This document shows, in pieces, positions 17,913 to 28,304 of a stretch of 64,000 nucleotides of DNA. Source of the stretch: Eubacteriales bacterium (GTDB lineage: Bacteria; Bacillota; Clostridia; Oscillospirales; Butyricicoccaceae); NCBI GenBank assembly GCA_030523305.1, contig JAUNIY010000002.1, positions 2 through 64,001 on the forward strand. The letters run 5' to 3'. The notes beneath the pieces are model-generated. The model was not told the DNA's origin. It did not search any database and was given only the letters and a program-made list of their open reading frames with translations. Numbering within the stretch: position 1 is the stretch's first letter; each line of letters begins with the position of its first letter. The position numbers and the translations under genes were made by a program.

Positions 17913-18239
17913 ATGTATAACCGTTATTTGCAAAACAGTTGCCCCCAGCACGAACCGACGTGCCCGCCGCCTCCCTGTCCACCGAAGCATGAACCGCAGC
18001 CGTGCCCGCCCGCATGTACAGAAGAGCCAGAGCATTGTGAAAAGGAGAAGGAAAGCAGCAGCATCCTGTCTCTATTGGGCGGCCTGCTCGGCGGTGAGAA
18101 AAAGGGCGGCCTGAGCAAGCTGCTGGATGACAACACGCTCCTCATCCTGATTATCCTGTTTTTCCTATTGAAGGACGACGACGGGATCGATCACGATTTG
18201 CTGATTCTGGCGGGTGTCTTTCTGTTGATTGGGCTTTAA
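17913..18239 (+). CDS. Cys/Pro-rich protein with a hydrophobic C-terminus (putative spore coat/exosporium protein)
   Basis: MYNRY start, CPPPPCPP repeats, C-terminal LLILIILFFLL..DLLILAGVFLL; RBS GGAGG. Confidence 0.75.
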   Translation: MYNRYLQNSCPQHEPTCPPPPCPPKHEPQPCPPACTEEPEHCEKEKESSSILSLLGGLLGGEKKGGLSKLLDDNTLLILIILFFLLKDDDGIDHDLLILAGVFLLIGL

Positions 18240-18874
18240 AAGCCCTCCCGACGCGTCAGCTGATACAGCAATGCGTTGACAATCGCTGCGGCGACATTGC
18301 TGCCGCCCTTGCGCCCACGCGCAACAATGTGCGGCACGCCACACGCGATGATGCGCTCCTTGGATTCTTCCACATTGACAAAGCCGACCGGGACGCCGAT
18401 CACCAGCTCCGGTGTCAACCTTTGTTCCCGGATCATTTTTTCCAACTGCATCAACGCCGTCGGCGCGTTGCCGATGGCAAAGATAACAGGTACATCCAGC
18501 TTTGCAGCACGTTCCATCGACACAATGGAACGTGTTGTTTTGCGCCGCGCGGCTTCTTCCGCAACATCTGGATCAGCGACAAAACAATGCACCTCGCCGC
18601 CAAAGGTTGCGAGTATTTTTTTGTTGATGCCTGCCTTTGCCATGTTGGTGTCCGTGACGACATGCGCTCCATTGCGGATAGCGTCCATGGCACGGCGCAC
18701 AGCCCCCTCGGAAAAGACAAGATTATCCGCATAGTCAAAATCCGCCGTCGTGTGGATCACACGCTTGACCACCGGGGCAATCTCTTCTGGAAACACCCGC
18801 TCCCCCAGCTCCTCCGTGATGATGGCAAAGCTGCGTTTTTCGATCTCCGCCGGCGTTTTATATTGCATGTCCAT
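18236..18874 (-). CDS. cbiC: Cobalt-precorrin-8 methylmutase
   Basis: EIEKRSF, RVIHTTAD, IGNAPTAL, GVPVGFV, RGRKGGSNVAAA. Confidence 0.96.
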   Translation of the reverse strand: MDMQYKTPAEIEKRSFAIITEELGERVFPEEIAPVVKRVIHTTADFDYADNLVFSEGAVRRAMDAIRNGAHVVTDTNMAKAGINKKILATFGGEVHCFVADPDVAEEAARRKTTRSIVSMERAAKLDVPVIFAIGNAPTALMQLEKMIREQRLTPELVIGVPVGFVNVEESKERIIACGVPHIVARGRKGGSNVAAAIVNALLYQLTRREGF

Positions 18875-18879
18875 TTTCG

Positions 18880-19407
18880 TTACCTCTCAATCCCGGTACG
18901 CGCGGCAATCCCTCTGTCATATGGATGCCGCACCTTTTTCATCTCTGTAATATAATCCGCCAACGCCAGTAGCTTATCCGACGGATTCCTTCCCGTCATG
19001 ACAATTTCCAGCTGTTCCGGCTTGCGCGCCAGCAGTGCGACGAGATGCTGTTCCTCCACCATACCCGTCGAGCACGCCGCCATGATTTCATCCAGCACCA
19101 GCATACGCAGGCCATCCGCCTGTGTGAACGCTGCATCCAACAGCGCCTGATGCTCCGCCCGTGCCTGCGCACGCTCCTGCGCGTTCATTTGGAACGTGAA
19201 TTTTGTCCCGCGCTTGGCACGCAGCAGCTCTACATGGGGTACATGCTGTATCGCAGTTACTTCGCCGGTCTGCCCGCCCTTGAGGAATTGTACGATGCGT
19301 ACCTTTCCGCCAGCGCCGGCACAGCGCAGCGCAAGCCCAAAGGCACAGGTTGTCTTACCTTTGCCATCCCCGCAATAAATATGAATCAATCCCTGTTCCA
19401 TGCTCAC
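18880..19407 (-). CDS. cobO: Cob(I)yrinate a,c-diamide adenosyltransferase (CobO/BtuR type)
   Basis: [34 protein letters not shown]. Confidence 0.94.
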   Translation of the reverse strand: MSMEQGLIHIYCGDGKGKTTCAFGLALRCAGAGGKVRIVQFLKGGQTGEVTAIQHVPHVELLRAKRGTKFTFQMNAQERAQARAEHQALLDAAFTQADGLRMLVLDEIMAACSTGMVEEQHLVALLARKPEQLEIVMTGRNPSDKLLALADYITEMKKVRHPYDRGIAARTGIER

Positions 19408-20906
19408 ACCTCACGGTTTAAAATACGGTAAATCATATCCATATCCAGCGCATTACGCACAGCATCAGCCAACAAATCATACTGCTGCTGCTTGTACGCC
19501 TCGGTATCAAATGCTTGTACGTCTTCAGTAGAAATGCCCTTATGCTGCATCAGCGCAGCAATCAACGCTTTGCCAACCGCTTCCCGGTCAAAAATACCGT
19601 GCACATATGTGCCGTAGCAGTTTCCGCACTGCGCGCCGTCCAGGACGGTCTGATCGCCCCGAACAATGCGGAGCAGAGGTTTTGCCCCCTCTGCATATGT
19701 GGTTTCACCCATATGGATTTCATAGCCGTCAAACGCCGTACCGGACAAACCGGAACAGATTCCATCTACTTCCCGTATCGTACCGTGCACCTGCGCGGTA
19801 GTCTTATCGGCACAAAAAACCGTATGCACTGGCAAAAGCCCTATGCCGACCATGCATCCGCCTGCTTCCACGCCCTGCGGGTCTGACAGCGTCAGCCCCA
19901 TCATCTGATAGCCGCCGCAGATACCGAATACCGGGCCGCTTGCCGCTGCATATTGCTTCACCGCAGCTTCCAGCCCATTCTGCCGCATCCATTTCAAATC
20001 ATCCATGGTGTTTTTGCTGCCCGGAAGGACAATCAGGTCCGGCCTGTGCAGTTCATCGGGCCGCGCAACATAGCGCACAGAAACGCCCGGGATACGCTCC
20101 AACGGGGCAAAATCCGTAAAATTGGAAATGCGCGGCAAGCGAATCACAGCAATATCCAGCAACGCCGCCTGCCGCTTTGCGCACAAACGCTCGGATAAGC
20201 TGTCCTCGTCGTCAATATCCACATGCAGATACGGCACAACACCCACAAACGGGATATGCAACCGTTGTTCCATCATATCCAATCCCGGCCGTAAAATATC
20301 CACGTCGCCGCGAAATTTATTGATCACCAGCCCTTTGATGCGCTGCTGTTCCTGCGGCTCCAGCAACGCTACCGTGCCATACAGCGAAGCGAACACACCG
20401 CCGCGGTCGACATCCCCGACCAGCAGAACCGGAGCATCCACCAGCTCGGCCAGGCCCATATTGACAATGTCATTTTCCCGCAGATTGATTTCCGCCGGAG
20501 AGCCTGCCCCCTCTATGACAATGACATCATATTCCGCAGCAAGGCTGTTGTATGCCGTCAGAATATCGGGTATCAACTGTTTTTTGTAAGGATAATAGTC
20601 CCGTGCGGCCATCGTCCCGCGCACCTTGCCGCCCACGATCACCTGCGAACCGCAATCGCTTGTCGGCTTGAGCAAAACCGGGTTCATACGCACATCCGGC
20701 TGGATACCCGCCGCTTCCGCCTGCATGACCTGCGCGCGGCCCATCTCTGCGCCGTCCGCCGTGATATAGGAATTGAGCGCCATATTTTGCGATTTAAACG
20801 GCGCGGCTTTTCGCCCATCCTGTTTGAAAATACGGCACAACGCAGCCACTATCAGGCTTTTGCCCGCATTGGACGTAGTGCCCTGCACCATGATTACCTT
20901 TGCCAC
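19404..20906 (-). CDS. cbiP: Cobyric acid synthase
   Basis: GTG start; [41 protein letters not shown]. Confidence 0.96.
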   Translation of the reverse strand: MAKVIMVQGTTSNAGKSLIVAALCRIFKQDGRKAAPFKSQNMALNSYITADGAEMGRAQVMQAEAAGIQPDVRMNPVLLKPTSDCGSQVIVGGKVRGTMAARDYYPYKKQLIPDILTAYNSLAAEYDVIVIEGAGSPAEINLRENDIVNMGLAELVDAPVLLVGDVDRGGVFASLYGTVALLEPQEQQRIKGLVINKFRGDVDILRPGLDMMEQRLHIPFVGVVPYLHVDIDDEDSLSERLCAKRQAALLDIAVIRLPRISNFTDFAPLERIPGVSVRYVARPDELHRPDLIVLPGSKNTMDDLKWMRQNGLEAAVKQYAAASGPVFGICGGYQMMGLTLSDPQGVEAGGCMVGIGLLPVHTVFCADKTTAQVHGTIREVDGICSGLSGTAFDGYEIHMGETTYAEGAKPLLRIVRGDQTVLDGAQCGNCYGTYVHGIFDREAVGKALIAALMQHKGISTEDVQAFDTEAYKQQQYDLLADAVRNALDMDMIYRILNREV

Positions 20907-21979
20907 AGCTTCACACCTTCTTTTTGTATTTTTAGCTCCCGCAGCGTGCGCAGCAGCGCGGCATTTTCTGCGTCTGTCCGCACCGCAACGCGGAACCACC
21001 GTTCATCCAACCCCGGAAAATTACTGCATGAACGGATCAGGACGCCTTTTTTGCGCATTTCCTGCGTCAAATCCGGTATGACTTCGTTTTTGCACAGCAA
21101 AAAGTTTGCTTTTCCCGGCACAACGAAAAGACCAAGCTCCTGTAAGCCTTGCTGTAAATATGCCCGTTGCCGCGCAATATACTGCCGCGTCCGCGCTGGA
21201 AATTCCGTATCCCGCGCCGCCGCAACGCCGCACGCCTGCGCAATAACAGACACAGACCACGGCGCGCCCATATCATACAGGCTCTCCAGCAAGCATATAT
21301 CAGATGACAAGCAATACCCCAGCCGAAGCCCCGGCATGGCGTACATCTTGGTAAACGACCGCAATACGATCAACTGCGGGTTGCCTATGATACCGTCCGC
21401 GACAGTATGCTGCTCCGGCTCGTCAAGAAAATCATAGAAGCATTCGTCTACAAGCAGCCTTGTGCCGGTCGCTGCGCAGCGTTCTATGCCTTTCTTCACC
21501 AGCCATTTCGGCATGGCCTGCCCGGTCGGGTTGTTGGGGTTGCATACCACAACCAGGTCAATCTCTGCCGTCACAGCGTCCCAAAAACGTTCGGGTACAG
21601 CAAAGCAATCGCTTTGCTGTAAGGGGAACCGTATGATTTCACTGCCGACAAGCGTCGCCGCCTGCGCGTACTCCGCAAAGGTTGGCGCGGGAAGCAGGAT
21701 TTTTTTCGGCCGCAACGCTAACAGCAGTCGGTATAACACATCTGCCGCGCCGTTGCTGCAAAAGATTTGATCGGCATCCATCTGTTCCCGCTGTGCAATG
21801 GCTTGGCGCAGCGCGCGGCACGTAGGGTCCGGATAATGCACGCAGCCGGACAGCGCCTGTTTCGCAGCCCGACGCACCCCCTCCGGCATACCAAGCGGGT
21901 TGATGCTGGCGGAAAAATCCAGCGGTTCCGCTGGCAAATCCTCCGCATAAATATCGCCGCCATGCCTGTTTTCCGTCAT
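20894..21979 (-). CDS. cobD: L-threonine-O-3-phosphate decarboxylase
   Basis: [38 protein letters not shown] (PLP lysine). Confidence 0.92.
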   Translation of the reverse strand: MTENRHGGDIYAEDLPAEPLDFSASINPLGMPEGVRRAAKQALSGCVHYPDPTCRALRQAIAQREQMDADQIFCSNGAADVLYRLLLALRPKKILLPAPTFAEYAQAATLVGSEIIRFPLQQSDCFAVPERFWDAVTAEIDLVVVCNPNNPTGQAMPKWLVKKGIERCAATGTRLLVDECFYDFLDEPEQHTVADGIIGNPQLIVLRSFTKMYAMPGLRLGYCLSSDICLLESLYDMGAPWSVSVIAQACGVAAARDTEFPARTRQYIARQRAYLQQGLQELGLFVVPGKANFLLCKNEVIPDLTQEMRKKGVLIRSCSNFPGLDERWFRVAVRTDAENAALLRTLRELKIQKEGVKLWQR

Positions 21980-22049
21980 TCAATCAACCCTTTCCTATAC
22001 ACGCTGATGTAACCTCTTATGATAAATCTAGTTAACACAGAATGTCCGT

Positions 22050-23024
22050 TTATCCCAGCGGCGCCCACAGCGCAAGCAGTATCCGCAGGCCGCACAGTGC
22101 AACCACCGCCACAGCGGAAGCCCAATACATCAGCCGGTTTGTGCGCACGATGTCCTCTGGTACAATCGGCCTCGTGTCATCGCCCAACGTCGGTTTTGGG
22201 TACAGCTTTCCAAAATAGTAAGCATCCCCCGCCAGCTGGACGCCCAGAGCCCCCGCACAGGCCGATTCCGTTTGCGCAGAATTGGGGCTGGCGTGTCGCA
22301 ATCGATCCCGCCGGAAGCATTTCCACGCGCCGCAGGCGCTCAGCCCCGCGGGTTTCGCACACAAAACAAACAGCAATCCGCTCAGCCGCGCCGGGATAAA
22401 ATTCCAGACGTCGTCCATTTTGGCGGAAAACCGTCCGAAATACAAAAATGTATCATTTTTATAGCCCACCATAGAATCCAGCGTGTTCACCGCTTTGTAA
22501 GCGAATCCCAACGGCGCGCCGCCGAGCAGCAAAAAGCACAACGGCGCAATGACACCGTCGCTGGTATTTTCCGCAACCGTTTCCACAGCGGCTTTTGTCA
22601 CCTGCGCTTCATCGAGCTGCGCCGTGTCGCGCCCGACAATCCACGAAACATAGTTGCGGGCCAGCTGCAAATCCCCCGCCTGAAGCGCATGGTACACGCG
22701 CAACGCCGCAATTTTCAACGACTTCGCGGCAAAAATCTGCCAGCAGAATATGGTTTCCAGCGCAAAGCGCACCGCCGGATGCAGCAAACCGGCAACCCAT
22801 AGCAGGGCAAACGGAAGCAAGCCGGATGGAATCACGACCAAAAACCACAGCCATACGCCTGCCCAGAATTGCCCGCGATCGGAATCCGGGAACCATTTGC
22901 GCAGCCGCTTTTGCCAAAAGGAAATCATCGCGCCAATGCCCATTACCGGATGCCACAGCCGTTCCGGATCGCCAAGGATGCAATCGATCAAAAATCCCAG
23001 AGCTACCGCCGCTACCATGCGCAT
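22050..23024 (-). CDS. cbiB: Adenosylcobinamide-phosphate synthase
   Basis: GDPERLWHPV, IVGRDT, ETVAENTSDG, YKAVNTLDSMVGY, SPNS; RBS AAGGAGG. Confidence 0.95.
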   Translation of the reverse strand: MRMVAAVALGFLIDCILGDPERLWHPVMGIGAMISFWQKRLRKWFPDSDRGQFWAGVWLWFLVVIPSGLLPFALLWVAGLLHPAVRFALETIFCWQIFAAKSLKIAALRVYHALQAGDLQLARNYVSWIVGRDTAQLDEAQVTKAAVETVAENTSDGVIAPLCFLLLGGAPLGFAYKAVNTLDSMVGYKNDTFLYFGRFSAKMDDVWNFIPARLSGLLFVLCAKPAGLSACGAWKCFRRDRLRHASPNSAQTESACAGALGVQLAGDAYYFGKLYPKPTLGDDTRPIVPEDIVRTNRLMYWASAVAVVALCGLRILLALWAPLG

Positions 23025-23344
23025 GTTTCCTCCTTGATACACTGCGGAATACCGCAGCATACGCGGTATACGCGATCCGCCCGCGCTGCAAGGTCGCAGC
23101 ACAGCCGCCCGGTGTGTTCGCGCCAATCGCGTTCCATCGCATCCATCGGCACCACACCGCAGCCCAATTCATTGCACACGACAGTTTTGCCCAAAAATTC
23201 CTCCGCCTTTGGTATCGGCCTTCCCTCCTGCATCGCTGCCTTGACGATGGCATGTAAATTGTCCACAATTTCGGTTTGCGGCGATATCGTTTTTGCAAAG
23301 GCAGTCTTACCCTGCGCCGCACCGCCAACGATCAATATGGTCAT
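23012..23344 (-). CDS. Short (110 aa) CobU/CobP paralogue
   Basis: GGAAQGKT P-loop plus VCNELGCGVVP...ADRVYRVCCGIP; central RIxxHxxxR segment absent. Confidence 0.85.
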   Translation of the reverse strand: MTILIVGGAAQGKTAFAKTISPQTEIVDNLHAIVKAAMQEGRPIPKAEEFLGKTVVCNELGCGVVPMDAMERDWREHTGRLCCDLAARADRVYRVCCGIPQCIKEETCAW

Positions 23345-23366
23345 TTTTCGTTCCTCTCGATCCGCA

Positions 23367-24146
23367 TCAGCGCATACACAAGCCGCAAACGACAGCCGCA
23401 AGCAGCGCAAGCGTTTCCATCATCGTAATACACATACCGCACAAATCCCCGGTAATCCCACCGAATTGCCTATAGCACAAGCGGACATGGTACACAAAGT
23501 ACAGCAGAAGCAGCACAAACACCGCAAGGCCGAAGCCTTTTCCCAAGAACAGCAGCCAGCAGACACTGGCGGCAATCCAGCCCGCCATCACATAGGATAC
23601 CTGCTTTTTGTCCGTGTTGTCCGCAAACATACGCGCCAGCCCGGAATCCTTTGCACACTTCTGCGTCACAATCAGATCGCCGCCAAAGGCGCGCGCCAAC
23701 GCATACCCCGCAAACAGGAATCCGGCAAACTGCGGCGTATCATACAGCTGTGCAAACAAGCCAAACTGCGCCAGCAGCAACACAACCATCCAGAGGATAC
23801 CGAAGGCGCCGACGTGTGGGTCCTTCAAAATTTCCAGCTTTTTTTCCGTTTCGCTGTATGAACACAGCGCGTCACAGCTATCGACAAAGCCGTCCACGTG
23901 AATCCCGCCCGTGATGGCAACTGGGAGCAACACCGCACCTGCCGCATACAGCATGGTATGCAACTCCCAATGCTGTGCCAGCAACAGCCAGCCATATTCG
24001 CACGCACCGACCAGCACGCCAATCAGAGGCAGAAAGCCCAGCGCATAGCGCATGGTATGCTTTTTCCATTCCACCTGTGGCAACGGCAATGCGGAATACA
24101 TTCCAAATGCGACGAGCAAGCCGCTGAAACAATCGCGCAATATCAT
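23367..24146 (-). CDS. cobS: Adenosylcobinamide-GDP ribazoletransferase (cobalamin synthase)
   Basis: TGGIHVDGFVDSCDA, ILKDPHVGAFG, FGGITGDLCG; multiple TM helices. Confidence 0.95.
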   Translation of the reverse strand: MILRDCFSGLLVAFGMYSALPLPQVEWKKHTMRYALGFLPLIGVLVGACEYGWLLLAQHWELHTMLYAAGAVLLPVAITGGIHVDGFVDSCDALCSYSETEKKLEILKDPHVGAFGILWMVVLLLAQFGLFAQLYDTPQFAGFLFAGYALARAFGGDLIVTQKCAKDSGLARMFADNTDKKQVSYVMAGWIAASVCWLLFLGKGFGLAVFVLLLLYFVYHVRLCYRQFGGITGDLCGMCITMMETLALLAAVVCGLCMR

Positions 24147-24673
24147 TCTATCGTCCCTTTTCTCATCACTGCAATGCCAAAAACGCTTTCCACCACGCAA
24201 TCCGCCCGCTGTGCCAATTGCTGATTGAGCACGCCGAGCGCATGCAGGTACCGCATGGTCCATGCATCGTAGGTCGCGCCGTCCGTGAAGATATCGTTTG
24301 TCACGACGACAACATGCGGGCAAGCTGCACACAGCCGGTCGATACCAGCCAGGATGCTTTGCTCCCATCCGTCCCCTGCGCCCTCGGGCGAAAACATTTC
24401 ATTTGCCAGTGCATTGCCCATGCATTCAAATAACGCTCCTGCATAGCCCGCCGGGACTGCCATCCGGTCAAACCGTTTGGCGTGTTCGAGCGTGGTAAAG
24501 CCCTTTCCGGCGCGCAGCGCACGATGACGCGCGATGCGTCGGCGCGCTTCCTCTCCATCCGGTTCCATTGCCGCGACGTATAGCATCGGCTTTCCATCCG
24601 CCAGCCGGCAGAGGATGGTTTCTGCCAGCTCGGATTTTCCGCTGGCAGCGCCGCCGGTTATCAAGACCAGCAT
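24143..24673 (-). CDS. cobU: Adenosylcobinamide kinase/guanylyltransferase
   Basis: ITGGAASGKS, RRIARHRALR, ECMGNALANE. Confidence 0.92.
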   Translation of the reverse strand: MLVLITGGAASGKSELAETILCRLADGKPMLYVAAMEPDGEEARRRIARHRALRAGKGFTTLEHAKRFDRMAVPAGYAGALFECMGNALANEMFSPEGAGDGWEQSILAGIDRLCAACPHVVVVTNDIFTDGATYDAWTMRYLHALGVLNQQLAQRADCVVESVFGIAVMRKGTIE

Positions 24674-24676
24674 GGC

Positions 24677-25735
24677 TCAGGACAGCGGCTGATACGCTTC
24701 GATGTTGCTGTCCTCGAAGGTATTGCCATTGCAGTACAACGCTGCCGCCGCGTCCAGCATCCCAAACATCAGCACCGCGCCGGTCCCCTCTCCGAGCGCC
24801 ATATGCGCGTCGATCAGCGGCTTGATGTCCAACGCCTGTTCCAGCAGCATCCCCGCCGGTTCCGCTGCATGGTGGGACGGGATCAGGTAATCCCGCACGG
24901 TCGGGCACAGACGCGCGGCGCACAACGCCCCTGCCGCCGAAATGACGCCGTCCACAATGACCGGTAAACCGCAGGCCGCACAGCCCAAAAACAACCCGGT
25001 CAGGCCGCACAGGTCGAATCCGCCAACCTTGGTCAACACATCGACCGGGTCGTGCTGATCCGGCTGCATCCGTTCCAATGCATCGGTAATGACCTGTATT
25101 TTCCGTTCCAATCCCGCTGTCGTTAGGCCGGAGCCTCTTCCGGTCACAAGCTCGATCGGCGCGCGCAGCAACGCCGCCACCACAGCGGAGGCCGTCGTTG
25201 TGTTACCGATACCCATTTCGCCGGTTGCAATGATATCATAGCCCTGCGCCCGGCACAGATACGCGGTTTCGATCCCGACTTCTATGGCGTGCAACGCCTG
25301 TTCCCGCGTCATCGCCGGCTCGTTTGCGATATTTTTCGTGCCATAGGCAATCTTGCGCCGCAGGATATGCTCGCCCGTCACCTCGCTCGCCACACCGATA
25401 TCCACCGGCAGGACATCCGCACCGGCGGCACGCGCCATATGGCACACGGTGGACGTACCCTTCGACAGGTTTTCCGTGATGATCTTTGTGACGTCCTGCC
25501 CGGTCTGGGAAACGCCTTCTGCCACAACCCCGTTATCCGCACACAGAATCACCACGCATTTGCGGCGCAGATCAATCGCCGGGGAACGGCGGATGCCTGC
25601 AATGCGGATCAGGAGCTTTTCCAGATCGCCCAAGCCATTCAGCGGCTTGGCAAGCGAATCCCAATGTACCTTTGCCCGCGCCATGGATTCATAATCCAGC
25701 GGCAAGATATCCTGTATCGTTTGTTCCAGCGTCAT
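24677..25735 (-). CDS. cobT: Nicotinate-nucleotide-dimethylbenzimidazole phosphoribosyltransferase
   Basis: LAKPLNGLG, ADNGVVAEGVS, GEMGIGNTT, GRGSGL, MALGEGTGA. Confidence 0.96.
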   Translation of the reverse strand: MTLEQTIQDILPLDYESMARAKVHWDSLAKPLNGLGDLEKLLIRIAGIRRSPAIDLRRKCVVILCADNGVVAEGVSQTGQDVTKIITENLSKGTSTVCHMARAAGADVLPVDIGVASEVTGEHILRRKIAYGTKNIANEPAMTREQALHAIEVGIETAYLCRAQGYDIIATGEMGIGNTTTASAVVAALLRAPIELVTGRGSGLTTAGLERKIQVITDALERMQPDQHDPVDVLTKVGGFDLCGLTGLFLGCAACGLPVIVDGVISAAGALCAARLCPTVRDYLIPSHHAAEPAGMLLEQALDIKPLIDAHMALGEGTGAVLMFGMLDAAAALYCNGNTFEDSNIEAYQPLS

Positions 25736-27123
25736 GTTGTTTCCTCCTGGAATATGTCATGATATGTGTGTTCTGCCTGCGTCTGACAGTACATGCGGCA
25801 GGCGGACAAAAACCGCTGCGCCGCAAGGAGATTGCCCGCAAAGTGGATATGCGGATATCCTGCGTGCAGCGTCTGCGTCGCATGGACGCAGTCCCAACCA
25901 CGGTTGCGCAGCGGCTTTTGTGCATAAAAGTCTGTCCCCGGCTGCGTGCTTTGTACATAATGAAATTCATGCGCAGTCAATGATTCCCCCGCCCGGCACA
26001 GCAGCGAATCGCGTTTCGCCGTCATCGTGATATAGCCAAATTGCCGCAGCCGTGTCCCCAGCTCTGCTGTACCGCCGCAGACGCCTGCCATGTGTTCTCC
26101 TTCCAGCACGTCGTGCAGCAGCAAAAAGCCGCCGCATTCCGCAATCGTGGGAAGCCCACGCTGTATGGCCGCCCGTATCTCGGCCAGTATCGGTGTACGT
26201 TCACTGAGCTGCTTCGCATACAGCTCCGGATAACCGCCGCACAGCAGCAGGCCGTCGATCTGCTGTGGTAAACACGTGTCATACAATGGCGAAAACGACA
26301 CAAGCCGCGCGCCCATGCGTTCAAGCGTTTCCAGGCTATCCGCATAGTCAAAACAAAACGCCTCGTCGCGCGCCACAGCAATGCGCAGCCCTGCGCCGCA
26401 CAGCGGGACCTCCGGCAATGCGGCGGGAAGATCCGGTGCACGCTGCGCCAGCGCAAGCAGACCGGAAAGATCCATTCCTTCTCTCGCGTGCTGCGCCAAA
26501 AGATGCATTTTTTGCTGTAAGCCGCTGATTTCACTCGCTGTCACCAGCCCCAGATGGCGGCTTTCCACCGCACAGGCCGCATCACGCGGCAGCGCGCCAT
26601 ATACGTGCAATCCTGTATTCCGCTCAACGATACCGGCGTAATACTCCGTCATCGAGGCGGAAACGCCGTTTAGTATCACACCCTGTATTGTGTTTTCGCC
26701 AAACGACAGCAGCCCCTTGAGCACTGCCGCCAGCGTCAGCGACATCCCTTTTGCAGACACTACCAAAACAGATGGCGACTGTGTGAGATTCGCAATATCC
26801 GCCGTGGAGTTTTCGCTCGACGTACCGGCAAGCCCGTCATAGTAGCCCATGACGCCCTCAATGACCGAGATATCCTGCCCTGCGCTGTGCGCCAGCAACG
26901 CTGGAACCGTTTCCCTGCTGCACAAAAACGTGTCCAGATTGCGCGAACGCGCGCCGATCACCCTGCTGTGAAACATCGGGTCGATGTAATCCGGCCCGCA
27001 CTTGAAGGCCGCCGTATCCAGCCCTTGCTCCACAAAGGCTTGCAGCAGCGCGCAGGTTACAGTCGTTTTTCCGCATCCACTCCCCGTCCCGCCGATGACC
27101 AGGCGCGGCGCACGGACGTTCAC
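25732..27123 (-). CDS. cbiA: Cobyrinate a,c-diamide synthase
   Basis: GTG start (RBS GGAGG); GSGCGKTT, FKCGPDYIDP, IEGVMGYYDG, GGYPEL, AECGG, HEFHY. Confidence 0.96.
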   Translation of the reverse strand: MNVRAPRLVIGGTGSGCGKTTVTCALLQAFVEQGLDTAAFKCGPDYIDPMFHSRVIGARSRNLDTFLCSRETVPALLAHSAGQDISVIEGVMGYYDGLAGTSSENSTADIANLTQSPSVLVVSAKGMSLTLAAVLKGLLSFGENTIQGVILNGVSASMTEYYAGIVERNTGLHVYGALPRDAACAVESRHLGLVTASEISGLQQKMHLLAQHAREGMDLSGLLALAQRAPDLPAALPEVPLCGAGLRIAVARDEAFCFDYADSLETLERMGARLVSFSPLYDTCLPQQIDGLLLCGGYPELYAKQLSERTPILAEIRAAIQRGLPTIAECGGFLLLHDVLEGEHMAGVCGGTAELGTRLRQFGYITMTAKRDSLLCRAGESLTAHEFHYVQSTQPGTDFYAQKPLRNRGWDCVHATQTLHAGYPHIHFAGNLLAAQRFLSACRMYCQTQAEHTYHDIFQEETT

Positions 27124-28304
27124 AGGTTGCCTCCGATCAGGTACACCGGATTTTGCGCCATCATCATATGATAGCCGCCTACCTGCTTTGCTCTGGAAAC
27201 ATTGATACAGGAAATTTCCACAGCAAAGCCGTTGTCCTCCAGCGCCGCAGCGGCTGCATGTACAGTTTCCAGCGCAATCGCCGTTGCCACAATACGCACA
27301 GACGGATTCCTTTCGCGCACAGCAGCTATAATCTGTGCCATATTCCCACGGCTGCCGCCGATCAAGACACAATCGGGCGCAGGAAGCTGTTCCAGCCCAT
27401 CCGGCGCCATCGCCTGCACAATGGCAACATTGTAGCATCCCGTATGTACACGGTTGCGTGCGATCAGCTCCACCGCCTCCGGCTTGCATTCCACGGCATA
27501 CACCTGACCACGACATGCGCGGCGCGCCAAATCCATGGAAATCGAACCGGTGCCCGCGCCGATGTCATAGACGGTATCCGTCGGCTTTACCGCAAGCAGG
27601 TCACATGCCAGCCATCGAATCTCCTGCTTGGTCATCGGCACATCCCCGCGGATGAAATCGCTGTCCCGCAAGGGGCGGCTGGTGTCGGCCGACCGATCAT
27701 TTTCCACCATCATCACGCACAAATCGCCAAATGCCTGCCCGGCGAGCTGCTCCGGCGTACCGGATACCAAGCGTTCTGTCGCCGCGCCAAGGTTTTCCCC
27801 TATCGTGACCCGGACATGATTCAGCCCAGCCTCGGCTAAGCGGTTGCACAGCACATGCGCTTTGTTTTGCCCTCCGGTCAGTGCAAGCACCTTTTTGCTG
27901 TAGCTCACGGCGCCCAGCAATGCGCCGGGCCGCCCGTGCAGGCTGAGCAAAACCGCGTCGTCATACGACGTGCCGACCTTGGCGCAAAACACCTGTATAC
28001 TGCCGACACCGGGAATCCATTGTACCGACCCATGCGCCGCCAACGCTACATGCAGTTTTTTCGCCGCGCTGTAAAAGCCGGTGTCGCCGCTGAGCAGGAT
28101 TGCAGTTGTCCCATCCTGCCGCTGCGCCGCATCCGCCAGATGGGCAAATGGAACCGATTGGATATCCTGCCGGATGCTCCGCAGGCCTTCCGCCAGCCGT
28201 GCTGTGGCGAAAACCGTATCCGCCCGATCGATGGCGTCACGCGCCTGTGCGGTCAGCATATCCGCCGTGCCCATCCCGGCGCCAATCAGATACCATTGCT
28301 TCAT
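27120..28304 (-). CDS. cbiET: Cobalt-precorrin-7 C5 / -6B C15 methyltransferase-decarboxylase (CbiE-CbiT fusion)
   Basis: LIGAGMG, LSGDTGFYS, LSLHGR; C-terminal PMTKQEIR, DIGAGTGS, LIGGSRG, QNPV. Confidence 0.93.
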   Translation of the reverse strand: MKQWYLIGAGMGTADMLTAQARDAIDRADTVFATARLAEGLRSIRQDIQSVPFAHLADAAQRQDGTTAILLSGDTGFYSAAKKLHVALAAHGSVQWIPGVGSIQVFCAKVGTSYDDAVLLSLHGRPGALLGAVSYSKKVLALTGGQNKAHVLCNRLAEAGLNHVRVTIGENLGAATERLVSGTPEQLAGQAFGDLCVMMVENDRSADTSRPLRDSDFIRGDVPMTKQEIRWLACDLLAVKPTDTVYDIGAGTGSISMDLARRACRGQVYAVECKPEAVELIARNRVHTGCYNVAIVQAMAPDGLEQLPAPDCVLIGGSRGNMAQIIAAVRERNPSVRIVATAIALETVHAAAAALEDNGFAVEISCINVSRAKQVGGYHMMMAQNPVYLIGGNL

